Positions 1 through 13,195 of a stretch of DNA of 64,000 nucleotides are shown piece by piece. The stretch comes from Antedon mediterranea (Eukaryota; Animalia; Echinodermata). A program made the position numbers and the translations under genes. The notes below the pieces were generated by a model. That model was not told the DNA's origin. It was given only the letters and a program-made list of their open reading frames with translations, and did no database searches. The DNA lies in contig NC_092672.1 in the NCBI RefSeq assembly GCF_964355755.1, forward strand, positions 13,330,001-13,394,000, written 5' to 3'. Within the stretch, counting starts at the first letter, position 1; every line of letters starts with the position of its first letter.

Positions 1-289
1 GTTACGCCACGTCATAGTGATAAGATTTTTGCTAGAAGTTTGTTCTGTTTTTTTTTTGTGTGTTTTTTTTGTCTCTAGCAACTTGATTTAATTAATTGGA
101 ACTGGGAAGAAATTTGTGCTGAGCTAAATTGGAGTGGAGTGAAGTGGACTTACCGTATCGTTTATCATACCACTATCGTCGTTATTTGTAGGCATAAACA
201 GTAAAACCATCTATTACTTTTATAATCATTGTTACTGGTCATGTAGTTACATTTATACGATTATTTTTAATTACTAAACAGAAGAAAAA

Positions 290-1390
290 ATGTCATTTCC
301 ATGTAACAATGCATCCTATATGTATCTGAATACGGGTGTTCAACATTTAACACGACTGACTATGATTCCTGCATAGATATGTTCCTTCTTGGTGACTGGG
401 AGAGGATTTTACGTTACAATATCATTCCTGTTATGGTCGCCTTTGGAATTGTCGGAAACATTATGACATTCATCGTTATAGTGAGTAAATTACACAAACC
501 AGTTTACGTGGTATCTAGCCAATTTAGCAATATCTGATACAATGTCTTTAATGTTGGCACCTCTTTGGGACGTTGAGTTTTTTAAAATACCATGTTCAAT
601 TGATGATATATATATATATGACGACAATTATCACTGTGGACTGTTGAGTTTCTTTTCGTTTATTGCCTGGCATATAGCAATTTTAACGATATCATGTCTT
701 TCTATTGAACGTTGTATGGCAGTCTGTAAAACTTACTGGTTTCAAACAAGTGGATTTGGTACTCTTTCAAGATCTGTTAAAATATGCGTATTTATGTGGA
801 TTTTATGTTTGTCAGTGAATTTTGTACAAATATTATTGCTTTCGAACGAGTGTCCGTCATTTTTCGTTGGCCTGATATGATAGAGGTATCTCGAATCGTG
901 CAACTACGTGTCGTTTTAATTTAAATTACATGAAAGAAAGTACAATTTTGTGGATGCTTCAATTTGTTGGCACTTTACTTTCAAATGTACTTATTGTAAT
1001 GTTGTGTTTTCTTATCGTTATCTTTATTCTTTAAGAAAGTTACATAATAACGTGACAAATCCATGCAAAACCGACCCACGCTCTAAATCTGAAAGGAAAA
1101 TATTTACGATTTTTGTAACAGTTATAATTTATGTCTTCTGCATGACACCGTTGCATTTGTTCGTTATTTTATCCTTTCTAGATATTATGGGAACGGATTT
1201 AAATTGGTTGTTGACTATTGGTCGTTTTATAACATATTTTAATTCTTCTGTAAATCCTTTGATATATAATATGGTAAATGAAACTTTTAGACCAGCATTT
1301 GTTGACGTAACCTATAACAGAATTCGGAGGAACATAGCTCCACTTATGTTTGTGGAACAAGTCTTCTCGGATAAGGACTATGAACCGTAG
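290..1390 (+). pseudogene. Class A (rhodopsin-like) peptide-type GPCR pseudogene, copy 1
   Basis: ATG at 290. TM1 'GIVGNIMTF', TM2 'YLANLAISD', TM3 'LSIERC', TM6 'FCMTP' and TM7 'NSSVNPLIY' are spread over several frames. The 3' end is replaced by a SINE fragment from about 1340. Confidence 0.85.
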
Positions 1391-1460
1391 GTCCAGTATA
1401 CACTTTCAAAAAACGCATTTCATCATTCGAGACGAGTAGAAGTATACCCCGGTGAACTTG
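1340..1460 (+). mobile_element. Fragment of the tRNA-derived SINE family (see 12282 and 41319)
   Basis: 'gaacaagtcttctcggataaggacta..ccgtaggtccagt..cgagacgagtag..accccggtg' matches the SINE body at about 41417-41532. Confidence 0.75.
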
Positions 1461-1499
1461 TCCCTTTTTCAGGAAGATTACCACCTATCTAACAGGACA

Positions 1500-1680
1500 G
1501 TTATTCATGTATTAATACTTAATGACATAACTTCCTGGTGACCGGAGACTAGAAAAATACTGTGGACAGTTTTTGTGACATTATCTATATTTTCGGAATG
1601 AAGCCCACAATGATGATTATTTTTCGATTTGAAACATATTTAAATACATCTGTAAATCCTTTGATATATAATGTAGGATA
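1500..1680 (+). pseudogene. GPCR TM6-TM7 fragment (additional partial copy)
   Basis: 'ggacagtttttgtgacatta' and 'gaaacatattt..ctgtaaatcctttgatatataatgt' match the 3' part of the neighbouring GPCR copies. Confidence 0.6.
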
Positions 1681-1992
1681 GACGTTTAATTAAAGAATTT
1701 TTTGTTATAATCCAGTGGTTACAGTTACTAAATTGTGCTGTTTTCCCAACAAGCTGGTTTATTTCGATTCTTTCAACATAAGTTTTAATTAAAGTGTGTC
1801 AACATTTTGAATTATTCATAAATGTTCCTATTATTAGAAGAAGAAGATTATTTGATGTATATTTAGTAAATTATTGCACTAATCAGTAGTGTCAAGGACG
1901 CATGTTGTGTTTAGTTATTTTAGGCCTATTAGAAGTTTTACAAGAGAAAATGTCAGTTCAACGTTTCCATCTGTGCCATAATTCCGTACTAA

Positions 1993-2353
1993 TACCCCTT
2001 TTACACCGCCTAGCTTACGACAAACACGTGTCGTATCCGGATAAATTTCTATTTCACACCTGATTCATTAACCCGGGAATGACACGGGTTTCGTGTGTTT
2101 ACACTGCAAAATACCAACCCGTGTAAATGTTCTAGATTAATCGAAATATCGCCCTGTCGCGCAAGTACACGGGTTCTTTCCGGGTTCACTTGACGCTGAG
2201 TACATTCCTCATCACTCACTCTGGTGGTTACGCGACCCTGGTAACTTTTTACGTCGTTTACACCGTTCTACATTTCCGCATTTCTGCGTCACGGGTACGA
2301 ATCTGGTTACACAATTCCGGATCCGCATTTTTGCTGGCGGTGTAAAAAGAGTA
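1993..2353. mobile_element. PIF/Harbinger-like MITE
   Basis: Imperfect TIRs TACCCCTTTTACACCGCC / GGCGGTGTAAAAAGAGTA, with TAA on both sides (1990-1992, 2354-2356). Confidence 0.7.
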
Positions 2354-2973
2354 TAAGACTTCTTTGAATCCTCTTCATTTTGGAATAACGTTTTTCCAAA
2401 ATTTTCAACTGAGATCCCGATTCTTTTAAAATCAATTATAGCACAACAAATGAGAGTACAATGTGGTGATTTGTTGCATTGTTTCATTGATTGATTGATC
2501 ATCCATTATATTAAACCTTTTCAACATTTAATCGTATAATTAGAGTATCATTTCTGATAAAATGAAATAAATATGGAAAATTAAAAACGGTACTAAATAT
2601 TCTATTCAACATAACGGTAGACCTAATGAAGAATAATATGCCTACGATTAAGCCTATTTATTGTTGAACGAGTAATTTAGTTGATGCAATTTTTTTCTAC
2701 ATGCACAATTGTTTAAAATAATGATTTGTTAGAAAATATAAAAGTAATGACGACGCTGAGTTAACCAGATGAAGTTGTTATATACGTTTTAAACACACCA
2801 TTTTACTCAGTATTTTGATAAATGAACTAAATTCAGAATGAATCTGTGTTTCATTCATGGAGTAAAGTTACTCCATGATTTTATCGCACCATCTAGTACT
2901 TTGTAAGCACTCATCTAATCAATTTATCAACTTCTCTGTGTAATTTATTTCTTTCGAAACGATCATTTTAATT

Positions 2974-3707
2974 GTGAAATTTTGGGAAATTGAGCTAATT
3001 CCGACAAACTACACGATTGAAGAAATAGATGAGAATAACTCAAATTGTGAACTGTCAAGTTACTTTACTACTGTTGCATGGCATGTAGCATTGTGTACGA
3101 TTTTCTGGCTTTCTATTGAACGTTATATTGCAGTTTGCAAACCTTATTGGTTTCAAAAAAGTAGATTTGGTACTCTCTCAAGATCTGTTAAAATATGCGC
3201 ATTTATATGGATATTTTGTTTCTTGGTGAATTTTGTACAAATATTCATTTCTTTCGAACGAGTGTCTGTCATTCTTCCTTGGCCTGATATGAATATATAG
3301 ATGTGTCTCAAATCGTGCAACTACGTGTCGTTTTAATTTAAATTACAACAAATAAAGTAAAATTTTGTGGATGCTTCAATTTGTTATAACTATACTTTTA
3401 AACGTACTTATTGTAATTTGTAACACGTTCTAAATCGGAGCGGAAGATTATTAGGACAGTTTTTGTGACATTAACAATTTATGTTTTATGCATTATACCA
3501 TTAGATATGTTCGTAATATTATTCTTTTTTTATATTATTGGAACGGATATAAATTGGCTTGACTATTTGTCGTTTTGAAACATATTTTAATTCTTCTGTA
3601 AATCCTTTGATATTATAGGCTAATGTAGTAAACAAAACATTTAGACAGGCATTTGTTGACGTACAGATTTCGGAAGAACATAGCTAAACGTACCGTTAGT
3701 ACATAAA
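2974..3707 (+). pseudogene. Class A GPCR pseudogene, copy 2 (5'-truncated, more divergent paralogue)
   Basis: 'CELSSYF...WLSIERYIAVCKP' carries an intact ERY motif, followed by TM4 W, stops and deletions. The 'NSSVNPL' region is at about 3590. Confidence 0.8.
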
Positions 3708-5942
3708 AAAATTTAAACAATTATTAGTAAAATAAAACGCTATTATCATTACATTAAAACAACATGAATTATGTCACAACAGCATAAGTTTGTCACAAAC
3801 ATTTAAAATATCATACAAAATAATGAATGTTTGAATATTGAGTTTGAATTGTTATAACAATTGAAACGTTGAATATTTCACGAGACGGAGTCAGTTAGAC
3901 ATAAATATAATAATCAATATTTCAATGAAATTTAGGTTTAATATATAAAATGTACTAGGTTGTCATTTTAATGTTTGTAATACGATAATGTAGTTTTTAT
4001 CTTTTCTCAATTCTATGTTTGGGGTTTTTTTTTGCAGTGAATAAAAACTAAAAGTCGAAATATATCATTTTCTATAGCAGAATCTACAGAAAATATATAA
4101 GAATATATTATATGAATTGTATTATGCCTCTGTTAATAATAATATAAAAATAAAAAAAAAAAGTTAAAGTAATTGTTGAAGTAATTTATATCAGCTGCTT
4201 TTATGGTTTTTTCGAGAGCTTTTACAACTTTCGTAAATCCCTGATTGACACCGAGGTAAGTGTTTAAGGTGATGTCGTGAATAATGTTGCCGCATAGTAC
4301 CATAAGCATAATAAATTAATTACACAGATGATGTTGTTCGGTGTAACAACGAAACATGTTTGCAAGACAATTTCATTAAACTCAAGTTTATCTTAATTGT
4401 ATTATGCTGTCGGAAGTTCGGCAACATTCACGTCTTCCCCTTAAACACTTATTAAAGAAGCTGATAAGTTGTTGATAACTAACTCGTCAAAATGACTAGT
4501 TCAAATCTAGTTAATTTAGAATTTTCATCGTCACGTTTAATCTAATAATCTGTAAGAGGTTTGTATAGTTCTGAACGAAGATGATGAATGGTTCATAATG
4601 TTGTTATGAAGAGTGAGTAGATTACCTGATACTGTTTGTTCATATTAGTAATTCATTAAGTAATCAATTTCCAAGGACACAATTCGTAATTATTATGTGT
4701 TACAAAAAAGAATATCTTCAGGAGCAAAATAGCACGTCCATTAAACATAATTTTCAGGTAAAGTCAAAATATGAAACTCAATTTGATTCTTCGTTGATGG
4801 ATGGCAATTTTGTTTCTAAGAAATGGTTTTATTTGTAAATAAATTAGTAAAGTTAATGTGGCTTTTTCTTCAAAAAGTAAGTAAGGTATGGTTGAGAATG
4901 TCTTGATGTTTTGTTTGTAGTGCTATCAATCATCTTCGTACTCTGTAACTTTTAGAATAACATGGTGTACAGCAACACTTTATTAGTATTTATTCGCCAC
5001 GCAAAGATTTAAACAATCGTAAATTGAGAACATTTCATGTTCAGTTCTCCTTCAGCTGTAATTGTTCCTACGAGTTCACATCCTTGAACGTAGTTATTAT
5101 CACGTTCATAATTACTGACTCAAATTTCAACTTTATACAATAATATATTATATAGTTTTAAAACATTTTGTTGCTATGCAATTTTTAAATTTTGAAAAAG
5201 TGAATAAAAAGTATGTAACATTAAAATGTTATATAATTTGTATTCACTTTTTGCAAACATTGGATCGAAAAAAAAACATATTTACCCTAACAAACTGTAA
5301 ATTACAGAAAAAAAGGAATCACATTGTCTACCAGCCAATTGGTTTTTGGTTGAATTTAACCGTTTATTTTGTCGTTTTATAAGTGAAAACTTTTTTTAGG
5401 GTATTTTTCGGGGTTCTTTTTTCTACGAAAGCGATTAACTTTATTAAAGCTGAAAAATAAACTATTCAAAGTCTGATGTTATTAATCTTCATTTTTCATG
5501 TTTTTGGGGAACAATACAACTTTAAGATTATTGACTGATGTTCATATTGTTTACGCTATCATGCTGGAAGTAAGTAAATGTTCTGTTTGGACTTGTACTT
5601 GCCACAATGTCGCATGCGAGGCACAAAGTAAAGTAACCAATAACAAGCGACGGTTAGGCCACGTCATAGTGATAAGATTTTTGCAAGAAGTTTGTTTTGG
5701 TTTTTTTTTTGTGTGTGTTTTTTGTCTCTAGCAACTTGATTTAATTAATTGGAACTGGGAAGAAATGTGTGCTGAGTTAAATTGGAGTGGAGTGAAGTGG
5801 ACTTACCGTATCGTTTATCATACCACTATCGTCGTTATTTGTAGGCATAAACAGTAAAACCATCTATTACTATTATAATCATTGTTACTAGTCATGTAGT
5901 TACATTTATACGATTATTTTTAATTACTAAACAGAAGAAAAA

Positions 5943-7016
5943 ATGTCATTTCCATGTAACAATGCATCCTATGATGTATCTGAATACGGGTGTTCAACAT
6001 TTAACACGACTGACTATGATTCCTGCATAGATATGTTCCTTCTTAGTGACTGGGAGAGGATTTTACGTTACAATATAATTCCTGTTATGGTCGCCTTTGG
6101 AATTGTCGGAAACATTATGACATTCATCGTTATAGTGAGTAAATTACACAAACCAGTTTACGTGGTATCTAGCCAATTTTGCAATATCTGATACAATGTC
6201 TTTAATGTTGGCACCTCTATGGGACGTTGAGTTTTTTACAATACCATGTTCAATTGATAATATATATATATATGACGACAATTATCACTGTGGACTGTTG
6301 AGTTTCTTTTCTTCTATTGCCTGGCATATAGCAATTTTAACGATATCATGTCTTTCTATTGAACGTTGTATGGCAGTCTGTAAACCTTACTGGTTTCAAA
6401 CAAGTGGATTTGGTACTCTTTCAAGATCTGTTAAAATATGCGTATTTATGTGGATTTTATGTTTGTCAGTGAATTTTGTACAAATATTCATTGCTTTCGA
6501 ACGAGTGTCCGTCATTTTTTGTTGGCCTGATAGAATAGAGGTATCTCGAATCGTGCAACTACGTGTCGTTTTAATTTAAATTACATGAAAGAAAGTACAA
6601 TTTTGTGGATGCTTCAATTTGTTGGCACTTTACTTTCAAATGTACTTATTGTAATGTTGTGTTTTCTTATCGTTTATTCTTTAAGAACGTTACATAATAA
6701 CGTGACAAATCCATGCAAAACCGACCCACGCTCTAAATCTGAAAGGAAAATATTTACGATTTTTGTAACAGTTACAATTTATGTCTTCTGCATGACACCG
6801 TTGCATTTGTTCGTTATTTTATCCTTTCTTGATATTATGGGAACGGATTTAAATTGGTTGTTGACTATTTGTCGTTTTGGAACATATTTTAATTCTTCTG
6901 TAAATCCTTTGATATATAATGTGGTAAATGAAACTTTCAGATCAGCATTTGTTGACGTACGCGTAACCTATAACAGAATTCGGAGGAACATAGCCGAACG
7001 TACTGGCAGGACATAA
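5943..7016 (+). pseudogene. Class A GPCR pseudogene, copy 3 (full length, two frameshifts)
   Basis: ORFs 5943-6191, 6196-6579 and 6585-7016 together give a complete 7TM: N-glycosylated N-terminus, GN, FAISD (shifted frame), ERC, CMTP, NSSVNPLIY. Frameshifts lie in ICL1 and ECL2. Confidence 0.85.
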
Positions 7017-10000
7017 AGCTGTTTTTATTGCAACGTGTGAACAATTCGTACACAAATAATACTTTGTTCAGACAGCTTTACATCTGAGGTAAAGTTACGT
7101 CAGACATGAAATTATGCACGCTCTTATGAGCGTCCACATGAAGCTTAAGTCAATGTGGATTTTACTTGTGAGCTTTGAGGTAATTGCGCCTTCACAACGC
7201 TAGTTTACTAGCGTGTATCATATTCCTTGCGTACGCTGTTTGTAGTAAGGTTGACTTAACTTAGCATAATAATGAAAGATCGTCTTAACGAGCACTCCGG
7301 AGCTTACAACAAACTGCTACATCATAACTGACTTTCGACTCGTCTAACGTCTCTAATAAAATTAACAAACAATTTAAATAAAGCCTAAACAATCAAAATA
7401 CATTTTAAAGTTAAAGGAGTGATGCGCAACTATGAAGGGAAAAAAAGCAACAGACGATACCGTACATTTTAATTGATTATTTATATTTCAGTATAAATTA
7501 AAGAGATACAGTAAATTATGTAATTAAGTTTAATAACAGCGATGTAATGTTATATAAAATAAATGTTTATTATTTAATTAATCCACCCTGAAGCAACCTT
7601 CCAACGGTAGAGAGAGAAGTTATGCCATTCATAAAGCCAGATCTCCGATTTTGGTCACGGAGTTTATAAATACTTGGTTTTAGTCACTTCTATTTTAATC
7701 GCCGTAGGAATAGTAACGAATTATCTACAACAAATTACCGCCTTAACCAACCCCCTTGCTCCGCCTTTGTTTCTCTTTTTGATTTAGATGACTATCATAA
7801 CGTTTTATTATAATTACGTACATTATCTAATGCCAGTTATCCTGACTTACAAGCTCAAGTACTTTTGATAACAAACTCTTACAGTCCGGTTTCGACGTCA
7901 TTTTGTGGTAAGTGGACTGCACTATATGTGTTCGTCATTTTTTATTCTTTACTTTTTAAATTTAGTAATCTATAGTTCTGAACGAAGATGATGAATTATT
8001 AATGTATGTTGCATATTGATTGTAAGAGTCAGGAGATTACCTGATATTGTTTTTGTTTTCTTATATTTAGTAATTTTCAAGGACGCTGTTCAAAATTTAA
8101 ACAAGTTTAATTACAAAAAGAATATTTTCAAGTGCATACTGTCACGTCCAGTCAACAACACTTTCGACTATGATTTGCCATTAAATATTGCCCCTAAAGC
8201 TCTGTCTACACTATCAAATTTTATGTGACTAAAATGAATTTCTAGAATACATGGGTAAAATCCAAGCCATTGCTGATATTCGGTATCTTTAACTGATGGT
8301 TCTTCATCCTTGTTGGCACATTATTGAATAGAAACAGCATTATAAGCCAAAAAACGTTGTTGACAAGGACACCAAACAGTTAAAATTTGATTGTAGATGA
8401 AGATGCTAACGTTTAAGGCCAAAAACTGCAGTATGATATTATTTATTTCATGTGTCATTTCAATTTAGGATGGGAAACTGTTTAAATAGCATGAACCATA
8501 GACAATGGCCTCATTACAATAATTTTTTTTAATTATCCTTTACCAATGTACCAATATAAAAGAGATTGAAGTTCTGAAAGATGATGTGCTAGCTGTGTAC
8601 CATTATTATGAGTACGTTTGCGAAATACTTTAATACTATATATATAAAATAATTTATATCAGTATGATCATAATCTTTTTTCATGAGATTTTGTAAATGA
8701 GGAAACTTAATGATCAATTTCAAACAGGAAAATGTCAAGAAAGTTTCATGCGGTTTTACAGTTTTCCTTATAAGAGAATTAATGATTATGATGTCATAAC
8801 TATCTTATGATGTCATAGGTACGTCATACAGTATGGTAGTTTAAATAAACGCCAACACTATTCTTTATGTCCGATTTTGGTAAACTTTGGATATGATGTT
8901 CATTTCGACTGGATAATGTTAGGAAACTTGTTTTCCTGCAGATTCTACATTTCTTTAGCGTAAGATAATGTCACTTAAGCAGTTATAACATAATATACGA
9001 CGTCATAGGTACGGTACGTCATATGGTTTTTTTTTAATATCACATTTATGCACTTAGGTGGTCTAAAACCAACCTTCCCGATGTCCGATTTTGGTAAACT
9101 TTGGACATGATGTTCATTTTTATCATATCAACCCGAAAAAGAAATTATGTTGCAATTGGTTTTGGGTTCAACCATACTTTACTGGACTATAAAGTCTTCA
9201 AACTTGGTGGGTAGATGCAACTCTGTCGGTATAAGAAAAACGAGCTAAAACTTTTGAAAGGGTGGATCACAAGGTCACACAATTCATATGACTGAGTTTA
9301 TGTTCTATTATTTTTTCTACTTGTCTGCTTATAAACCAATTTACCTTCCATTCACAACAATATTAAGAATACAGAAAGGATATGGGAAAGAGAAGAAGTG
9401 CTATGTGGAGTCCAAAAAAATAGAGGAGAGAGTAATGGGAAACTATCAACTACAGGAGAAGAAGGTATTGTGTAATCATCTATAATTTTACTTATAGTAT
9501 ATAGTGGTGCCTAAATTATAGTGATGTACAAGGAATAAAAGAAATTGTGAGTTTGAATTTTAATATACTGCTGCACTTGAATCTATATATAAACAAAAAA
9601 TATTTCTTACAAAAAACGCCGATCGAGATTTTAAAATTAATCATTGTTCTTTCTTCAGATATATTTATGATTAATTGTTAAAAACGATGTCCTTTAATCG
9701 CAAAAATACATACAAATCAAAGATAGTCCGTTAATTATGAATTACATTCCCATTTTTTCACTAGTTAATTGTATACTATAAATACACAATTTGTAATAAT
9801 TAATTATGGAAAATATGTTGTTGTTCCCATGGAAACGTGTAACAAAATAAAAAAGTGTTGATTAATCGCAAAAATACACAAAATCTAACATAGTTATTTA
9901 ATTAAAAATCACATCATGCCCATTTTTCACCAGTTAATTGTATAATATAAATACACAAATTTCAATCAAATTGTTTATTAAAAATATGTTTTTGTAACCA

Positions 10001-12281
10001 TAGAAATAGGTAATAAATAAATTATTATTTATAAATTATTTGCACGATGAATTTTCTTTTTCAAACTGTCGACCTTACATCATGTGTTCATTGAAGATTT
10101 TTATTCTGTTATTTTTCTTTCATATTCTTCCATGAATGTAGAGAAAATACATGTTGATAAATAGGCCTAATAATTTAATTAATTAAAATAAATTCACTTT
10201 TAAAAATAATCTGTATTAATTTTAAAAAATAATTGTTAACTGAAGAAAATGCAAACATAGATTTGTATAGCAGTAAAACAGTTTTTGAATAAATCAATTA
10301 AAACTAAAAACCTACAAAATATGATTCCTTTCATACTTTTTAAAAAAACATAATCCTCAATTAATAACCACAGAATGTCCCTTGAAAATAAGTGGACCTG
10401 TCCATAATGTATTTGAAAACTTTCATGGTACGGACGATTCCATTTACCATAATAGGGATGTTGAGCATTTCAAACTAATTTTTTTTTTAAACAAACAAAA
10501 TAATAAAGCACCTATTTATTAATATTATTAATTCGGAACGTTATGAATAGCAAATATATTAATCATAATTATAATCAATGTTGGTTAAAATTTAATATAT
10601 ATTAAGCCAAAATTCTACTGAGAGTCTTCTGCAGGCAGTCCTAAGTTAGCCTCAGCCTGAGCTGAAACAATGGAACAAAAATAATGGACTAGGTATATGG
10701 CTTGATTGAGAATCGAAAAACATGTGCCTACTATTTTCTTTTTCCGTTCATCAATTCTCAACTAATCATTTTAATATTTCAACAATAGATACTTCAAACA
10801 TTATATTTTCATAGTATTTTTGTCTTTGATTTAAAATATTGCATTAACCTACCGAAAAAATGAAGACAAATTTTGAATGTTCACCAATTCTGTTCTAGAC
10901 ATCGTAATGCTTTGCCCTTGCATTTCACTTCGGAAATCAATCTAATTGTCAATCACCTCAGGTTGTCACGGAAACTCCAATCAAAAAGCATCATACTTTT
11001 AGATGATCTCCAAAAATAAACTGCAAACCAATCAAAGGGCAAGAATCCAAAATCGTTCAACCGTGAGACGACATAGACTCTTTTCCCTGACGTTTTTTGG
11101 GTTCAGAAGCTGGAATCTATAAATTATAGTCGAGTTTCCAAAGTCGCATTTCTGTCGGCCTTAGAACTATAATAGCTACCGCGATGAAACGTCTTCTGAA
11201 TATTCTGTCCTCTATGGGACATAGCGGACTAGAGCCGCGGCGCGATTATGATTAATTCTGACATAGGCGAGCACCATGCAAAAACTTCGGTATAAATCTC
11301 TGGATATTTTGGATACCTACCTTATCTATCTCAGATGTACCGCGAAACGTACATTAGTTTTCAGTACTACGCTATTGTTCCACATTTCTATCTTAGGAAG
11401 ATATTATAAAGAGTTTTTTAACAAAATTTATGATTTCAACAGTAGATTTTCTACTCAATTTCAATTCTTCGTGGTCCAAGTAATTTCCGGGTTCACAATG
11501 AGTTCACCTTGCAACAACCAAGTTTCAACTATTTTCTTTCTTTTATACACAAAAAAAGGCACTTTCCATCAATCAATACAGCGTCCCTTTGGAAGTCGGA
11601 AGAAAAAAACGGATAGTAGGACTGGAGCTTAAGTTGGCCATAGTGGCTATAGCCATTTCAGTTTTTTGCTTATTTTAGGAACGGACCGCGCGTGTGAAGG
11701 TACAGTAATTAAAAAATAAAATTACATAGGGAGATTTGATGATAAGACATTTTGTTTAAAATCGAGTGAAATCCCGATAGCCGAGTTTTATTGAGTAAGC
11801 TGGCAGGAATAATTGTAGGCTATCTGTGTTTCGTTAGGACCGAGATGTCTACCCATGTTGCAAGCCGTAATGTCTTCTTTCTTGGGCCGAAACGGGCCCA
11901 CTTTCTCACGGAAGTTAGTTTCAAAGATGTTTAAATTAAATAATGGATTAATTATTAGGATGGTATTTATTTGAATAAACGCCTCTCCAATAAAACATCA
12001 CTTTGAATATTAATCCCCCCTCCCAACCCAACTATCTAATAAACGTCCATCCACATTTATAATAACACAATTATACTATTTGTAGTAGAATTCATCTGAC
12101 TGATATCTACAATTTACCAAGCATTTGTTATTCTTTTTTACCACTTTTCATATCTATTAGAGGATTTCATTTGATTATAAATGTTACCATATTATTAAAA
12201 CTAAAGAATTTAACATATCTCTCGAATAAGCACCACCCTCAAATGAACTCCGCCTTCCCACCTCCACCCTATAAAGCCCTA

Positions 12282-12594
12282 TTTGTTTGTTTGTTTTATC
12301 TTTATACTGGGTGACCTCTTCAGTCAAAGACTGATCTCCCAGAGGGCCCAGTTGGTGATCAGTGGCTGTGATGTACTACTACACCGGGGTAACCACCTAC
12401 TCGTCTCGAAAGATGTACTAGGTTCTTTAAAGTGCACACAAGCAAGTTGTGTACACTGGACCTACGGTTTATAGTCCTTATCCGAGAAGACTCGTTCTAC
12501 CACCAGAACCATGGAGTGAGTGAGCCTCGAACCCCTGCCGATGTTATGGCTACATGATTACGGTTCCACTGTCTTAACCGCTCGGCCACTCACT
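12282..12594 (-). mobile_element. tRNA-derived SINE, near full length
   Basis: Minus strand has box A (TGGCCGAGCGG), a box B-like motif (GGTTCGAGGC), a body shared with 41319-41545 and an (AAAC)n tail at about 12282-12296. Confidence 0.8.
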
Positions 12595-12759
12595 CACTCA
12601 CCCTACCAAACAATAAACACTATACTTTAAAATGTTATTAATCATCTAAGACACTGTGAAACAGAGTAGTTTAGTTTTACGAATGTCAAGCATTTTCAGT
12701 AGGCCTAACCGACAGAAAACAAAAACATTAAAACATTATCATTCCGAGAACCATCGTCT

Positions 12760-12807
12760 ACACGTACTTCCTAGAGGGGGAGCGAGCGAAGCGAGCTCAC
12801 CTTCTAG
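12760..12807 (+). mobile_element. Helitron-like 3' terminus
   Basis: GC-rich hairpin 'gagcgagcgaagcgagctc' followed by CTAG|T (12804-12808). The 5' end was not located. Confidence 0.4.
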
Positions 12808-12830
12808 TGAATAGAATTTTGTTTACCAAG

Positions 12831-13195
12831 AATTTTATTTTATTTTTTATTTTTATTATATTTCATTCAATCGAAACCAACAGCGACGATTACCGCCACT
12901 AACAGGTTTGATACAAACAAAGCCAGGACTGTTTAAAGCACCTTGATTGGTCCTAACATTGATCAAGGGCTTCTCTCGTCCAGTGCCCACCTTGACCAGG
13001 AGGTCTGAGGCAGATACTAGATGCAGGGGCTGCCATAAGAGTCAGCAGTGCTGATTTCAAATGCCTAACGGGACCCCAGCTCCGTATACAGCACCCGTTA
13101 TTCCCAGATGGTCTCCCATCCAAGCTCTAACCAGGCCCAACGTCGCTTAACTTCGGTAATCTGACGAGAACCGGTGTTTCAACGTGGTAAAGCCG
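12831..13195 (-). mobile_element. 5S rRNA-derived SINE (SINE3-like): 5S head, ~230-bp body, A-rich tail
   Basis: Reverse complement of 13086-13195 is recognisable metazoan 5S (CGGCtTTACCACGTTGAAACACCGGTTCTCGTCAGATTACCGAAGTTAAGC...TGGATGGGAGACC..CTGGGAATA.CGGGTGCTGTA). There is no oligo-T terminator; it continues into a unique body and an A-rich tail. Confidence 0.75.

Larger units (their letters stand above)
1..6992 (+). repeat. Recent tandem duplication: 1-~1335 is nearly identical to ~5654-6992
   Basis: Upstream non-coding and coding sequence align with few substitutions at an offset of about 5.65 kb. ~4565-4745 also resembles ~7970-8160. Confidence 0.9.

Noticed and set aside
5943-7016. 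Programmed frameshifting or micro-introns rescuing the GPCR
   Set aside because: No slippery site or GT-AG micro-intron is evident at the breaks, and the neighbouring copies are clearly decaying.
8230-9990. Short internal duplications and a single TIR-like end (~9190)
   Set aside because: Probably decayed DNA transposon pieces; no matching second end was found.
13086-13195. Functional 5S rRNA gene
   Set aside because: The 5' end is truncated, there are substitutions and no oligo-T terminator, and it is fused to a body and A-tail.
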